Below are positions 12,201 through 27,200 of a stretch of 64,000 bases of DNA, in pieces; position 1 is the stretch's first letter, and every line of letters begins with the position of its first letter. The notes beneath the pieces were generated by a model. That model saw only the letters and a program-made list of their open reading frames with translations. It was not told the origin of the DNA and made no database searches. The translations under genes were made by a program, and so were the position numbers. Source of the DNA: Octopus vulgaris (taxonomy: Eukaryota); contig OX597820.1 in assembly GCA_951406725.2 (NCBI GenBank), forward strand, positions 26,040,001 through 26,104,000. Reading direction: 5' to 3'.

Positions 12201-15200
12201 GAAAAGCTGCCTGGACAGATTCTGTGTGACCCATGTAGGCATGGGAAGTGGATGTTAAACAATGAGTGATGAGTAAACTTGCAGTGATGCAGAAAGTTCT
12301 GGATTAATCTGTTTACAAATTATCTTCAGACAATATTTAAATTTAAATAAGCATTCCCTGCTATTGCAATTGAACATATAAGATCATAGCCTAGTAAGCT
12401 AAATCTATCTTCCAAAAATATCAACTGCTTGTGACTTATGCCTTCCTACTCTGTAAAGGCTTTTAGTAATTTCTATGATTTTACAATTTAAAACAAATTA
12501 TTCCCTGTATGATATTGTACATCTACTTAGTGATTTTCTTACAACTACTTCAGCAAGTATTTGAGAAATCTATGCTTCACAGAGGAGGTCTAATAAGATT
12601 GAAACATGTTGAAAGTTGTCTCCCATATTTTCCATACTTGCCTGAATGATTAATGTAATATTGTATAATATTGGCCATTGAGCTAATATTTGCTTTTCCT
12701 CACCACATTATAGCCTCAGGCCAACCATTATTTTTCATCAGCTTTTGATAATCACTGTATTAAATATATTAATACCATCACCTGGCACCTTGGGTGCTTT
12801 TAGCATTGTCCACTTTGTTGCAGGCATTTGTCTAGGTTTTTGGTTTAATGATACCTTCTTCCTGCCATGTTTCTGGTATATTCTTCAATTCATGGGCAAT
12901 CTTGATTTAATGAGAAACAATGGATGGATTTTTTTTCTTTATATGACTGACACCTCAAAGTAATTTCCCTCTGATTATACTTATCTACTTTATTTTCAGC
13001 ATGTGCTAATGTAACACAAGTTGATTTTGGAAATGGAACAGTGAAGTTTGATTTTAAAGAATTTCTGAAACGAAAGAAGATCCGTTTAAGCTTGGATCGG
13101 TGAGGTTCCTTCTTTTTGAAAATATATATATATAAAAAAAATATTCTAAACAAAAATTTTATTTTAACCATCTACATATATATAATGCACTGGTGCCACA
13201 TAAAAAGCGCTTGGTTCACTCTGCAGACAGTGAAGCATGGTGCAGTCTTCTACCTGGCCAGCTCCTGTCAAACTATTCAACCCGTGCCAGCATGGAAAGT
13301 GGACATTAAATGATGATATATGAAATCTGTTCTTGCTAGTCTGATTAAGACTCAAGTTCCTTTGGTGCACCTCTTATATTAATCGATCTTTATGGAAATG
13401 TGCTTCCATCAGAAATATGCCAAAGTTCAGGCATGGCCATATGTTTAAGAAATTTACTTAGTTACAACATAATTTTGTATTCAATCTCACTATGTCACCC
13501 TGAGCTAGTATCATCTACCACAGCTTCTGGTTGGCCAATGCCTTGTAAGTAGAATTTGGTAAATCATCATCATCATCATTTAGCGTCCGCTTTCCATGCT
13601 AGCATGGGTTGGACGGGTCAACTGGGGTCTGTGAAGCTGGAAGGCTTTGTCAGGCCCAGTCAGATCTGGCAGTGTTTCTACGGCTGGATGCCCTTCCTAA
13701 CGCCAACCACTCCGCGAGTGTAGTGGGTGTTTTTTACGTGCCACCTGCACAGGTGCCAGACAGAGCTGGCGAACGGCCACGAACGGATGGTGCTTTTACG
13801 TGTCACCGGCACGGGGCCAGGCGATGCTGGCAACGGAAACTATAAAAGCCTATTGTGTGTAAACACACACACTCTAATAAATATTATGCATCTCATGGTT
13901 GCCACCCATCAGTGGGACTTCAGGTCTTTCACACACACACACTTCCATACATATAATGAGCTTCTTTCAGCATACATCTACCAAATCCACTTATAAGGTT
14001 TTGATCAACCTCAAGGCTGTAGTAGAAGACACTTGCCCAAAGTGGCATTCAGTGGGACTGAACTCAAAATCACATGGTTACAAAGCAAATTTCTTAACCA
14101 TTCAGCCATAAGTTTACTGTCACTGGTTTCAGTCTTTGGACTGTGACCATGCTCGGTCACCACCTTGCCACAGACTTCAAAAAAACCACTTGCTTGGACA
14201 GTTCTTTTACGTTAATGTTTAAATGTATAGGAATCTTCTCTTTCATCGTAACTGAGGAAAATGGCATAAAGATAGAAGAGAAAATAGTTTGATGCTTTTT
14301 CTCTTTTTATATTTTGCATATTTTTCAATGTAATAAACTGACTGACTTTGTATTTTACTTATAACTGTCATTTTGTTCTCTAGATTATTGAAAATTGAAC
14401 TCAACTTCTTGGTGCATACAGTGCGTCTTGAGCTAGATGTTCCTCACCGATGTCCTATCTGTTTCCTGATGAATGTTTCAGTGAGTTATCGTTTTAATTT
14501 ATTCATGTTCACATATATTATGTTATAAAATGTTTTGGTACTATTTTTCATCAATTTTCCAGTTTGTTTCCCCGGCCACTACGTGATACCTTGGGCAAGT
14601 GCCTTCTATTATTATAGCTCCAGGCCAACCTAAACCTTGTGAATGGATTTGGTAGATGGAAACTGGAAGAAATCCATCGTGTGTGCATGTGTGAGATTTG
14701 CCACTGCATGATAGTTGTAAACAGCATCAGTAATACAATCAGTGCCCATGCTCAGTCACAGCCAACTTGGGGCTAAACAATAGCAGCAACCCTGGCTGAC
14801 CAGACAAAAGCAATTGGGGTTTTACACACATACCGCACATGCTCTTTATCCAGCTGTATAACCATAAATTCTTTGTAGATACAAAAGTGATTGTTGAAAG
14901 TTTGCTCCATGAATTATCTGCTTTCAGTTTCATTTTAAATATCCAATATTTTATAAATACGTTCCTGTTCTATATTTCCATTGTTTACATGTTAAGTACT
15001 CTATTGTAAATTGTTGCTGTGTGAGCGCATTCACCTATAAGTAGAAGTCATAAATTTCCCCACTTAACCCTTTAGTGTTAAACTGGCCATATCCGGCCAA
15101 AGTTTTCTACCTATTTTATGTTTAAACTGACCAGATCAGGGCTCTCACACCTAACCTACATTGACATTATAAAAATAAACAATCACATCATTGAAACCTC

Positions 15201-18200
15201 AAAACTATAAGATAATACATGATTAATTAAAAACAATTTGAGTAAAAAAATATTACATTTAACAGAGTAATCTGAACACTAAAGGGTTAAATTAACTCGA
15301 GGCTGTAGAATAGTGTCCTTTATTTAGGCATAGAATGCAAGGTTAAGCTTTTAGCTTGTGGCTATGTATAGATAGTTTCTCATAAGTTTATGGATTTTTA
15401 AATATTTTTATGTTTAACTACTGAACCAGTTACATGACCTGTTTGTAGATACTACACTGAATGTATCTAGATAATAGGTATTGACAAATGTGTTTTGCCA
15501 AAGAGTACTAAACCAATATTAAATGTCCTCATTGGACATGACCAACCTTGGAGTAGTTTTCTTTTTAATATATAATTTACCTGTTCCCGTGTTTTTTCTT
15601 CAATTTTCTTTGAACAGATTACATTTGACAATAGTGACCGCAATGGGCAAATGCTGGTGTTTCTCAATCCAAACATTTCTGAAGTAGGGTGTCGTGGAAT
15701 GATAATAGGTGAGTAACAGTGTTTTCTGAAGAGGTTATCCAAGTAGGCACCAGTTTTGCACTACTATCGATTGATAATTCTGGTCACGTAGGCAAAAAAG
15801 AACTTAATATGACTGCACAATGATTGAAAAAGTGAATATTCTATGTGTATTCTGCTTTCTTTAAACTATTAAAGTGATGGTATGTTGTCATCTTAATGTG
15901 GCAGTCCCATGAAAGGGAAGAATGCTACTATTATTTAGCCCCAGGAAACACCGTTCCCAGTTGGCCGCGACACATTTTCTGTGTCCTTATGCTTTCAAAG
16001 GGGAGATCAGAGCACCTCTACCCAGCAAAGCCAGCATTCAGAGACTAGTTTCAGAGTTATTGCTCATCATCAGTCTGGAGTAGCATGGTTTGCTAACTGT
16101 CAATGCCTGTTCGCCTTTGAAAACATATATATTTCAAGTGAAATACATTCGCTGATTTTGAAAATAGAAATATTACATTTTTAAATCTCTCAGAGAGACT
16201 TACTCAGCAACAGCACGATAAAGTGATGGTATGTTGTCAACTTAATGTGATAGTCCCATGAAAGGGAAGAATGCTCCTGCTATTTAGCCCCAGGAAACAC
16301 CATTTCCAGTTGGCCATGTCACATTTTCTGCTGGGTGGAGGTGCTTATCTTCCCTTCTATGGGACTGTCTCATTAGGTTGACAACATACCATCACTTTAT
16401 CGTGCTCTTACTGTATAATACTCTGAGATATTTAGAAATGTAATATTTCTATTTAAACTATTAGTTATATATATATATATATATATAATAGTTTCACTCC
16501 TCTCCATATTACATGGAAGTGTCCATCTCATCAGATGTCAGAATGAGATGAACGTGTCATATGGAGCTGAGTCAAACTTTTCAAAAATGTATATGCAACA
16601 TCTACCAAATGTGTTGAGTGCCACTTGCTTTCATTTGTCCACTCACTCGTGTGTATGTATACACAAATCTACACGTGCGCGCACACACACACAGTCTGAT
16701 CAAAATATTTTGAGGCTGTTGCTATGGTAACAGAGCTAAAGTATGTACAGTGAAGCCACTTGGCACAGATTGACCTTGAATTGTCATTCATCTAGATTGT
16801 TATAACATTCTCGCTCACTTCCATTATTTATAGCAGTGCTTGGAAGTAGTGTGGTCTTATAGATGCATATTGTGCATCTATTACTGTGACCCCGAAACCA
16901 AGGTTCAGTCTTTACCTTGGAAGACCTCCAAGAAGATCTCAAGACATTGAGGAAATCCAAAAGAATGTGATGAGGCAGCTGCTCTCTAATCCAAAGAGGA
17001 GTTCCAGGAATGCTTCCATCAGTGGAAACGATGCTGGATAAAGTATGTGGCTTTAGAAGGAGATATTTTGAAGAAAATGAAATGCCAACTTGATATGTAT
17101 TGTAGTTTTCTTTTTATTGCACCAGGTCCAATACATTTTGATCAGACCTTTGTGTGTGAATAAATTGGTCACTTCAACCAAGTTTTTCTCATTTGAATAG
17201 CTTGACATCATCACCATCCTAGTCAGGTGTCGCACTATGCGATGCTGTGGTCATCCCGATGTCTGCCACCTTCTCCTGTCCTCTACCCCATGGACAGCTG
17301 AGAATAAAGACAATCCTGTGGTTGCGATGTCTTTCAGCCAAGAAGTGGGTGGTCTGCCTCTTTTATGTCTGCCATTCACCTTGCCAGTTATGATTCTTTG
17401 CTCAAGTCCATCCTAGCGCATGACATGGCCAAAGAACCGTAGCTTCCACTTCATGATGTTTCGTCGAAGCGTCATCTCGCAACCGAGCTTTTCTAGTACC
17501 CATTTGTTCGTCCTTCTCTCCGTCCACGACACTCTAAGGATTCTGCGGTAACACCACATTTCAAAAGCGCTCATTCTTTTCTCGTCTGCTTTCAACATTG
17601 TCCATGACTCTCAGCTGTACATCGTAATAGAGAAAACGGCAGCCTGAAGTAGCCTTATCTTCAGCAGCATTGACACGCCATGACTCTTTCAGCTTGACAT
17701 ATAGTATATATATATAAAAATAGAGAAAAAAACCATGATGATGATGACCTGGAATTAGAAAATTTAGGGAACCAAAAGCCATTGTATAAAAGACAACTTG
17801 GTTGTTTTCCTCCCATCTCTCTCTTTTTTTATTTATTTTATTATATTATTTTTTTTATAAGCTGTCTTCCCTGTAGAAAGATTCATGTAAAAGCCAGACA
17901 TATGTTTGTTCTGCAGTTCAGTAACATGTTAACATAATCTAAAAGGTAAACTGAAAAATAATGCTATATTGTTATCACTGAGACTGTTTCGTTGTCTTTT
18001 TCTTCAGGCTTAAATGAAACAGAAAAGAAGAGAGTCCAGACAGCCTTTGATATTTTTATCATAATTGTCAGCACAATGTCAAGTATTCTTTGCTTAAGGT
18101 CAATATGGCGAGCTCAAAGTTTAAAACATGTAAGTGAATAGTTCTTGTGTAGTTATGCATGTTTTGTTCCTTCTTTCTCTCTCTCTCTCTCTCGCATCAA

Positions 18201-21200
18201 ATGAAATTTTTAAATGTTTTAATTGTTTTGTAGATATTGCTCTGGACTTATAATATTGGTTTCAAATTTTAGTATATCACCAACAATTTCCAGAGAGGGA
18301 TCAATTACATCAACCCCAATATTCATTTTATTGACCCCAAAAGGAATGAAAGGTAAAGTTGATCCTGGCGGAATTTGAATGCAGAAGACAGATGAAATGC
18401 TGCTAAGCATTTTGCCCAATAGGCTAACAATTCTGCTAGTTCACTGCCTTCTGGGACTTATATGCTGTTTTAGCTAATATGATTTTGTATCAATATTTAG
18501 CCACTTTAAGGCTGGCAGAAACATTAACACATTGAGTGAAATACTTAGCGGGATTTCGTCTGTCTTTACATTCTGACTTCAAATTCTGCCAAAGTCAACT
18601 TTGCCTTTCATCCTTTCAGGGTTGATAAATTAAGTACCAGTTGTGTATTGGGGTCGATCTAATCAACTGGACTCGCGGTTGTAGGATCGCGGTTTCAATT
18701 CCCAGACCAGGCGTTGTGAGTGTTTATTGAGCAAAAACACCTAAAAGCTCCATGAGGCTCTGGCAGGGAGTGGTGGTGATTCGTGCTGTACCCTTTCGCC
18801 ACAACTTTCTCTTTCTTCTGTTGGCCTGCTCACTTAGCCAGTGGGGTTGCGTCATTTGGAGGCTAAAACAATGCAAAGCGCATTGTGACAAGTGATGTGT
18901 AGCAACATCTGATAGTCTGGTCGGTCACGGTGATGTATGTATGTATGTATGTGTATATATATATATATATATATATAGTTATAGTTATTTTTTCTTTCTG
19001 TGTTTCTGTGTCTTTCAACATATAGACAATGCAACAGATTTTCTAAGACTTACTCTTTGAACAATTTATGAAGGTACAATGCATGATTAACAAATACTTT
19101 TTACTGACAGGTAGTGACAGGCAACAACCAAGTACAGCATAAAAACTAGTTGAGGTTTTGAATTTCTGTTGCTACCACTATGAATGTGAAGATTATAGTT
19201 TAGAAAATTGTTTGCGTTTTAAGGAAAATGTGCACTGAATGCACAATGAGAGTATTTTAACAAACCCCTTTTCGAATTCCAGGTCAAGTGCTTTATTCAT
19301 CCACTTGACATACAAAGCAGTTATGTTTGGTTTTTTTTTTGTCTTTCTTTCCACCCACATTTCTTCACAATACTTTCTCAGTATAAGGTAAAAATGATAC
19401 TGTTTACTCGTTTGATATTTGTTCATTTATTTTATGTGGAGAGAGAGAGTGTGTGTGAGTACATTGAAATTTCAACCATAACAATTTGTTTTGTGTTTTC
19501 ATTCAATTGTTTGACTTATTACTTTGTTTATTTTACACAAAAGGAAACTGCCAAATTTTTCAAGAATCATTTTCGGAAAGTATTAGAGTGGTATGACCGC
19601 TTGGAATTTCTGAACATGTGGTTTATCCTCATTGTTATAAATGACTGCCTTACCATTGTTGGATCTTGTTTTAAAATCAAAATAGAAACTCGAGTAAGTA
19701 TTGAAAGAAATTATCAATGATTCTAGTGGTAAAATACGCAATAACAATGACTTAAGTGGATGTGTTTTCAGCTTTCATTGTATGATTTTCTTTGTTGTTG
19801 CAGAATAGTTATTGTTTTTTTTTAAATTAATTCACTGAAATTAACTCCTGATAATAGTTTGCTGTGATCAACTTTAAAACATTTTATTTATGCTTGCACT
19901 TGCCAATAAATAATCTTCCCTCTATTTTCCTCTCATTTTTCTCTCTATTTGACATTTTTGTTTTTTACTGCAAACTGGTTCCTTTCTTTTTTTTATTTAC
20001 TAGCTATTCTCATGTCCCTTTTCACTTCTACCAGTTAATTCTTCTTTTTTTTTTTTTTTTTGCTCTTTTAACCATTTTATTACCATATTTCTATTGACAT
20101 GCACTACTTTTTGTTTTGGTTCGAAACCTAAATTAACATGAAATTTGTATGGAAGTTTTTAATTTAGATCACTTCAATCAGCATTCAGATTATTATCAAA
20201 TGTAATGCTTATTCATTTCCATTGTATTGAATTCATTAAGCATTATCTCTTAGCTTTAAAATTTCAATGATATATTCTTTTAGAATGGCATCATAGGGTA
20301 AGTGTAAGAGGCTGGATCTGGCTGGTTTGAGCATAAAATAGATGGAATTTTTGGGGCTGGATATGGCAAGTTTACATGCTAAAGGGTTAAACAGGAATTT
20401 TATATCATAGTACCAGAGGCAGTCTCTGGGTGGTTGGTTACAAAGGATTTAAGATCCTATCTAGTTTCCTTTTACTGTTTTCTTGTCCTATCCATACAGA
20501 CAAAGATGCAGTCATGTATTAAATACTCCTTATATACTTAAAGCTTGCTCTCCATAATCAACTTTTTACCAGTTTTAAATATGGTCAAAAATATCTATAT
20601 TTAAATCAATTTTACAAAATTATGAAATGCTCAATCAGCTTTAGAAACTTTAATCTTTTTTTTTTATGAATTCTTTAAATTCCAGTGTTGTAAGTGCAAG
20701 GTAATTATAAGAAACCTGCTTTTAACTCCAATTGTTGTTTTCATCATTTTCATCCCAACCTCTTTCATTTGTTTACCCCTTTTAACCTTCAGATACTTTA
20801 CACTATTTCATTTCCATTTTGGCAATTAAGATTTAAAAAAGAAAAATAATTGTGAGCAAATAGCGCTTGATTAATGTGCATCTGGCTCTTCTTGAAGAGC
20901 CGCTTTGCCATACTGAATCTGTTGTATACCTTTTCATCTGTACTCCCCCTGTTACAACCAGATAGTCTGCCTGACTGATCTCAAAAGTACTTCCCCACAT
21001 AGTGTGATTAAAGGTATGTAATGTCCAGTTCAATCACACCAGATATAAGCCACCATCTCTGTTCGATATGGAAACCTTCACTCATTGATTTTAGCACTAT
21101 CATTATTGGGCTCTTTTTATACTCTCAAAGATGAGCTTCTCTCCAACTCTGCTGAACCTTTTGAAGGTGTTTGAAACTACCTACATGTCTTGAATTCAAT

Positions 21201-24200
21201 TCCATTTGTGCTATAAAATCTTAGACAGTTAATTTGCTTGACCAGCATAGTCGGGTATGTTTCAGTTCTGCTACACAGCAGGACATGACTTAAAATTATA
21301 CTCACAAGGGTGACTGGCATCCAGCAGGATAGCAGTCCAAATTTACATTTCATTTAGTCTTCTGATATGTGACTGACCCAAATGTCACTGCAGGTCTGCA
21401 GTAAATATTTTTGGTCTGTACTGGTTGTCGTGCTACCTCCGTGCTAGCTAGGCATTTCCTTGGCATACCATTCTGAATGATGTGAAATGTAGTTTAGACA
21501 TGGCTGTGTTTTTTTTCTGTAGCAACTGAAGCCAGTGGGATTAGATGTGAAGAATGACAAAAGACCAGATGGCATCATTAGTATCAAATTCTGAGGTGGC
21601 AAATATTTAATCCAAGGATGGGATTTGTAGTGAAAGCAGGTAGACAAAGTACTAGTTACTATCAAACATGTTTTCAAACTTATAGTTGTGGAAACAACTG
21701 ACATTCTGTCCCCTCCTCACAAATGACTTCCTTATATAGTTTAGTCAGATTAGAGATTGCCATCCACAAGAACAAACCCTTCAAGGGAATTCTTGTTGCT
21801 GTGTAACCCTTATCATTTTTTAGGGTAATACATTCAATATTTTGCATTGGGATTACAAGACATTTGCAGTCTCACTGTTAATAAATATCTCATTTTATAC
21901 AAGGTCCATTTTACTGAAGAAATAACATTTTCTACTAATTATAAGTGAAAATTATCTGAATAACAAAATTACCTAATTCCTCTAAAAAGACAACAAAAAA
22001 AGATAAAAACAATATTTTGTTTTCTGTGCATTTGAGCCGTATATATATATATTCATTCAGCCATTTAGACATGGAATATGAGATCCCACTTTCTAAGACG
22101 TGTTGCATGCTTCCACATCTACTTTTTGCAATGTTGCAATTTTTTTATTTTTTAATCTTTTTTTAAGCACCATAACAAAATCCTCTCTGCTCTTATTTAG
22201 GCCAGCTGCTTCAAGTTTTCTTTCCTCTAACCCAATCTTTGCCATAAAACTTAACACTTTTACATTCAAATTTCATAACATTCATTTATTTTTCTACTTT
22301 TTTTTCTTTTTTTTATTCCTTATTATCTACATTTCTTTTCTGTTTTTATTGCCCACATCCCTATATCCATGAAATGTACATGCCTATGTGTATGTGTGAT
22401 CATCGTTGAAATGTTCACTTTTCCTTGCTTGCATAGGCCAGAAAGATTTTCTGTGGCAGTACCCTTCCTGTCACCAACCCTTGCTTGTTTCTGTACGAGG
22501 CAATATTTCCCCATGACCAAATATGTTTCCATGGAAGATTGGAAACGTATGACACTGCTTCTATGACAGTGATACTTATTTATATGTATCACATGGTTGC
22601 AAGACAAGGTAGCATGAACACACATACACAATGGGCTTCTTTCAGTTTCCATGTTCCAAATATTTGATTGATGTTTTAATCAGGGATCAAATTTTGTAAT
22701 CTCTTTCGGAATTTATTAAGCAATACTTGATAGGACAATAAATATTAAACCTGTAATTTCAGAAAGGAACCTGTTTAGTATCCAGGTCTAAAAAGAATTT
22801 TTACCTTAGCAACAAAGGCAAGATATGGGAAATTTTTTAGTTATAAATATCTCCCAAAATTGGACTGAAGCCATGCTGGAGTACTGCCTTGAAGGGTTTA
22901 AGTAAATTAGCCCTAGTATTTATATTTTTTTTTAAAGTTTGGTACTTGTTCTATTGTTCTCTTTTGCAAAACTACCAACTTAACCAATACCAGTTGTCAA
23001 ATGGGGAGGTGGAAACAAATTAAGAGTGGCCAGTCAGTTTTTCACAATTTAAAACTCTTTCTCTCTCACACACAATGTGCACCCATACACTTTACAGCCA
23101 ACAAATTCATTCACTAAGGCATTGATCAGCCGGGTGTTACAGTAGAAGATACTTACCCAAGGTGCCATGCAGTGGGGCTGAACTCAAAACCACATAATTG
23201 CAAAATAAGCTACTTAGCTACACAGCCATCTCTGTTCCTATAATTTTTTTTCTTTTGTTGTCTTTTGTTCCTTCCTTCCAAATCTTGTACCAAATTAGCA
23301 TACCCTAAATTAACATTTTATTTCATAACATCCATAAGCTTTTAAACTCTGAAATGTGCTTACTCCTTGTTTCCTCAATAATTCAGTTGCCTTTAATATT
23401 CATCATCATCATTGCTTTTACATCTATTTTTTTTCTTTGCTGACATGGTTTGGACGAGATTCCTGGAGTGGCAGATTTTCTGCGGCCACATACTCTTACT
23501 CTAGTCATACTCTTGTTTTTCAGTAAGGTAATTTTCATTCCACAAGTGGAGGCACATGGCTTAGTGGTTAGGATGTCAGCATCATGATCATAAGATTGTG
23601 ATTTCGATTCCTGGACCGGGCGACGCATTGTGTTCTTGAACAAAAGACTTCATTTCACGTTGCTCCAGTCCACTCAGCTGGCAAAAATGAGTAACGCTAC
23701 GATGGACTGGCGTCCTGTCCAGCTGGAGAACACATACGCCATAGAAATCAGGAAACTGGGCCCATGAGCCTGGCTAGGCTTTAACCCTTTCGTTACTGTA
23801 TTTATTTTGAGATGTTCTGTGTTTCTTTCAATTACTTTAAATATAACAAAGAATTTAGTAAAATAACTTAGTTATCATTCAGCTTGTATTAGGAATATGA
23901 ATTGTGACTAAGGTTTGGTGGAAGATTTTAATTGAAACCTTAAGAAAACAAGACATTTGTACAACAGAGCCAGAGCCGGTTTCAGTCCGGTTGGTAACAA
24001 AAGGGTTAAAAGGGTGCATTTATTTATTTTTTATTAATTTTCATTCCACCAGTCTTCACTCACAAAATCCAATGTGGCTGCTGAACTGGTGAGCTTTTGT
24101 TTACTGAAGATTATAAAAAAAAAAATCACCATATTTGCTCTCAGTGGTAATGAAATCAAGGGAAACACACTCATACTTGCACACAAACATGCACTCTTGC

Positions 24201-27200
24201 ATGCAATCATACACATGCACAAATACATATAAAATAATAATAATAATAATAATAATAATTGTGTACAGTGCTCAGGTGCACTACAACTCATCTAAAGTGT
24301 ATATATAATCAGGTGAAGTTTCGGCGGATTTCGGAAAGCATGAGGGCCTTAAAAGATGCAGTGTCATGGCAGTCAACAACTGACGCAGGCAGTTTATTCC
24401 ATGCTTCAGCAACTCTGAGCGTGAAAAAATGTTTCCGAAAGTCATGGGAGCTGTAGGCTTCTACACAATTTCTGTATCAGTTTCCTCTAAGTCATTGATT
24501 AGCTCAAGACTAAGTAAAGGCACTGATCCAAGATGTCAGATACTTGGACCAAACCCTAAATTTAGATATCTGTATGCATATTTTTTTCTTGGTCATTAGG
24601 CTGCAATCATTCTGGAGGTACCACCTTGAAGAATTTTTAATTGAATGCATGAACCCCAGGACTTATTTTCCTTTTTTTTTTTTTAAGCCTAGTACTTACT
24701 GTCAGTCTCTTTTTCTGAACCACTAAGTTACAGGGACATAAATGCACCAGCACCAGTTGTCAAGCAGTGGTTGCACATGCACGCATGACGGGCTACTTTC
24801 AGTTATTTCTTTATTGTCCACAAGGGGCTAAACATAGAGGGGATAAACAAGAACAGACAAAGGGATTAAGTTGATTATATCGACCCCAGTGCATAACTTG
24901 TAGTTAGTTTATCAACCCCGAAAGGATGAATGGCAAAGTTGACCTTGGCGGAATTTGAACTCAGAACGTAACTGCAGACAAAATACTGCTAAGCATTTCG
25001 CCTGGCATGCTAACGTTTCTGCCAGCTCGCCGCCTTTCAGTTTCTGCCTACCACATTCACTCACTAGGCTTTGGTTGGCCTGAGGCTATAGAGGGCACTT
25101 GCCCAAGGTGCCACACAGTAGGACTGAACCATGAGCCATGTGGTTGGGAAGCAAGCTTCTTACCACACAGTCATGCCTGCATCTATGTATGTATTTATGT
25201 ATGTATACTTTTTCTTTTATTGGTGGCAGTCATTGGACTGCAGCAAGAGCGTTAAAGATTTTTAGGGAATTATATCACCTCCAGTACAATGTCTGGTTGT
25301 GAAGCAAGCTTCTTACCCACACAACCGTATCTGATTTAATGGATCTTGATACGAAAATGCAATTAGACAGTTACTTCAGGGGAGGTAACTCAGTAAGATA
25401 CTACTACCATAGGATGTTCCCGTTTGAATTTATTATATATGTTCACTCTCCACTGATATAAACATGCAATAGGCTTTCCCAGTTTCTACCTTCTAAATTA
25501 ACCTCGTAATTCATTGGTCAACGTCTTGATAGAAGATGCACACTTACCCGAGGTGCTACACAGAGAACTAGTTGAATTTGCTTTGTTCAAATATCTACTG
25601 TATAGCTTTTACACACACACACAGAGTGAGAGATAAATATATACCATATGGATAGTTCTGTGTTCTTTTCATGAAATTTTCAAATGTTTGCTTCATTTTA
25701 GAATGTACCCAATACATCCCAAAACTACGATCTCTGTGCCATTATGCTTGGCACAGGAAATCTCCTAAGTTGGATTGGTGTTCTCCGCTATCTTGGATTC
25801 TTCAAAAAATATAATGTAAGTTAAAAGCTTTTCACTTTATTTTCATGCAATTATCATTGTACTTGTCATAAATTTATCTTTTTTCCCCCAATCAAGAGGA
25901 AAAGCAGATACAAACGTCATTCAATGTTATGACTTCTTTTCCATGCTTGTTGCATGGGTTAAATCAGTGGTTCCCAAGCTAGCGTCTGTGGACCCCTGGT
26001 GGTCCATGAACTAATTTCAAAATTTCATATACATACACATACATAATGATAAACATATTAAAAGGGATCTGTCAGAAAACTCATTTAAATAAATGGGTTG
26101 GGAACCACTGGGTTAGATGTCATTGAGGTATTGTTTTACAACTGGATGCCCTACTTGTTGCTAACCCATTACTGTTAAGTAACAGGTCTCTTCATGTAAA
26201 TTCTAAAGGTGTGAAGCAAGTGGGTGATTTCCGATACCTAGCAGAACTTCCTATGTGCGGAAAATGTTGTAGACATGAGCAAGATAATGAACTTATTGTA
26301 CTCTGTGCACCTGAGTACTGTGTACACTATAATCATACACACACACACATTAATGCAATCACACACACACACACACACTAACGCAATCATACACACACAC
26401 ACACACTAACGCAATCATATGCGCACACACACACTAACGCAATCATATGCGCACACACACACTAACGCAATCATACGCGCACACACACACACTAACGCAA
26501 TCATACGCGCACACACACACTAACGCAATCATACGCGCGCACACACACACTAACGCAATCATACGCGCACACACACACACACTAACGCAATCATACGCGC
26601 ACACACACACTAACGCAATCATACGCACACACACCAATGCAATCATATGCACACACACTGACGCCATCATACATGCAGTGATTGTGTCAGTGTGTGCACT
26701 GACAAATTGAAATGACTGTCTTAATCTCTGGACAGATAAATGGTGGGTATGTAAGCTCTGAAGAGAATTCCCAATGAGAACTCAAACCAGTTTCGCCAAA
26801 ACTTTGTCTAGGGAGAATTTAAGACATTTGTTTACATTTTTTCCAGTGTATTTTATTACATATCACAGCAATTGCTAAAATCTAGTACTTCTTGCATAAG
26901 GAATATCCTATTACACATTTCCCTTACCCAAAATGTTTTCCTTAGTGCATAAATTATAATTTAGATATGCTGGGCTTACCAAACAGATAGGAGCAAGGAA
27001 AGCTTTATGAAATTCACAAATAGTCTTATTGTTTAAATCTATGCCAACTCTATCTAGCAGATATTTGACCAAAAACATTCCAGTTATGACAATCCCACCT
27101 TTTTAAGTATACGTAAGGGTACATTATTTTACTTCATGTGTCCTTACCTGATATAAGGTAATGGAATATGATAATGTTTTGTGAGACTGGTTGCTTTTTT

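Noticed and set aside
22060-22246. Lys/Glu-rich minus-strand reading [23 protein letters not shown]...
   Set aside because: Short, no splice context or recognisable family; probably a decayed retroelement end.
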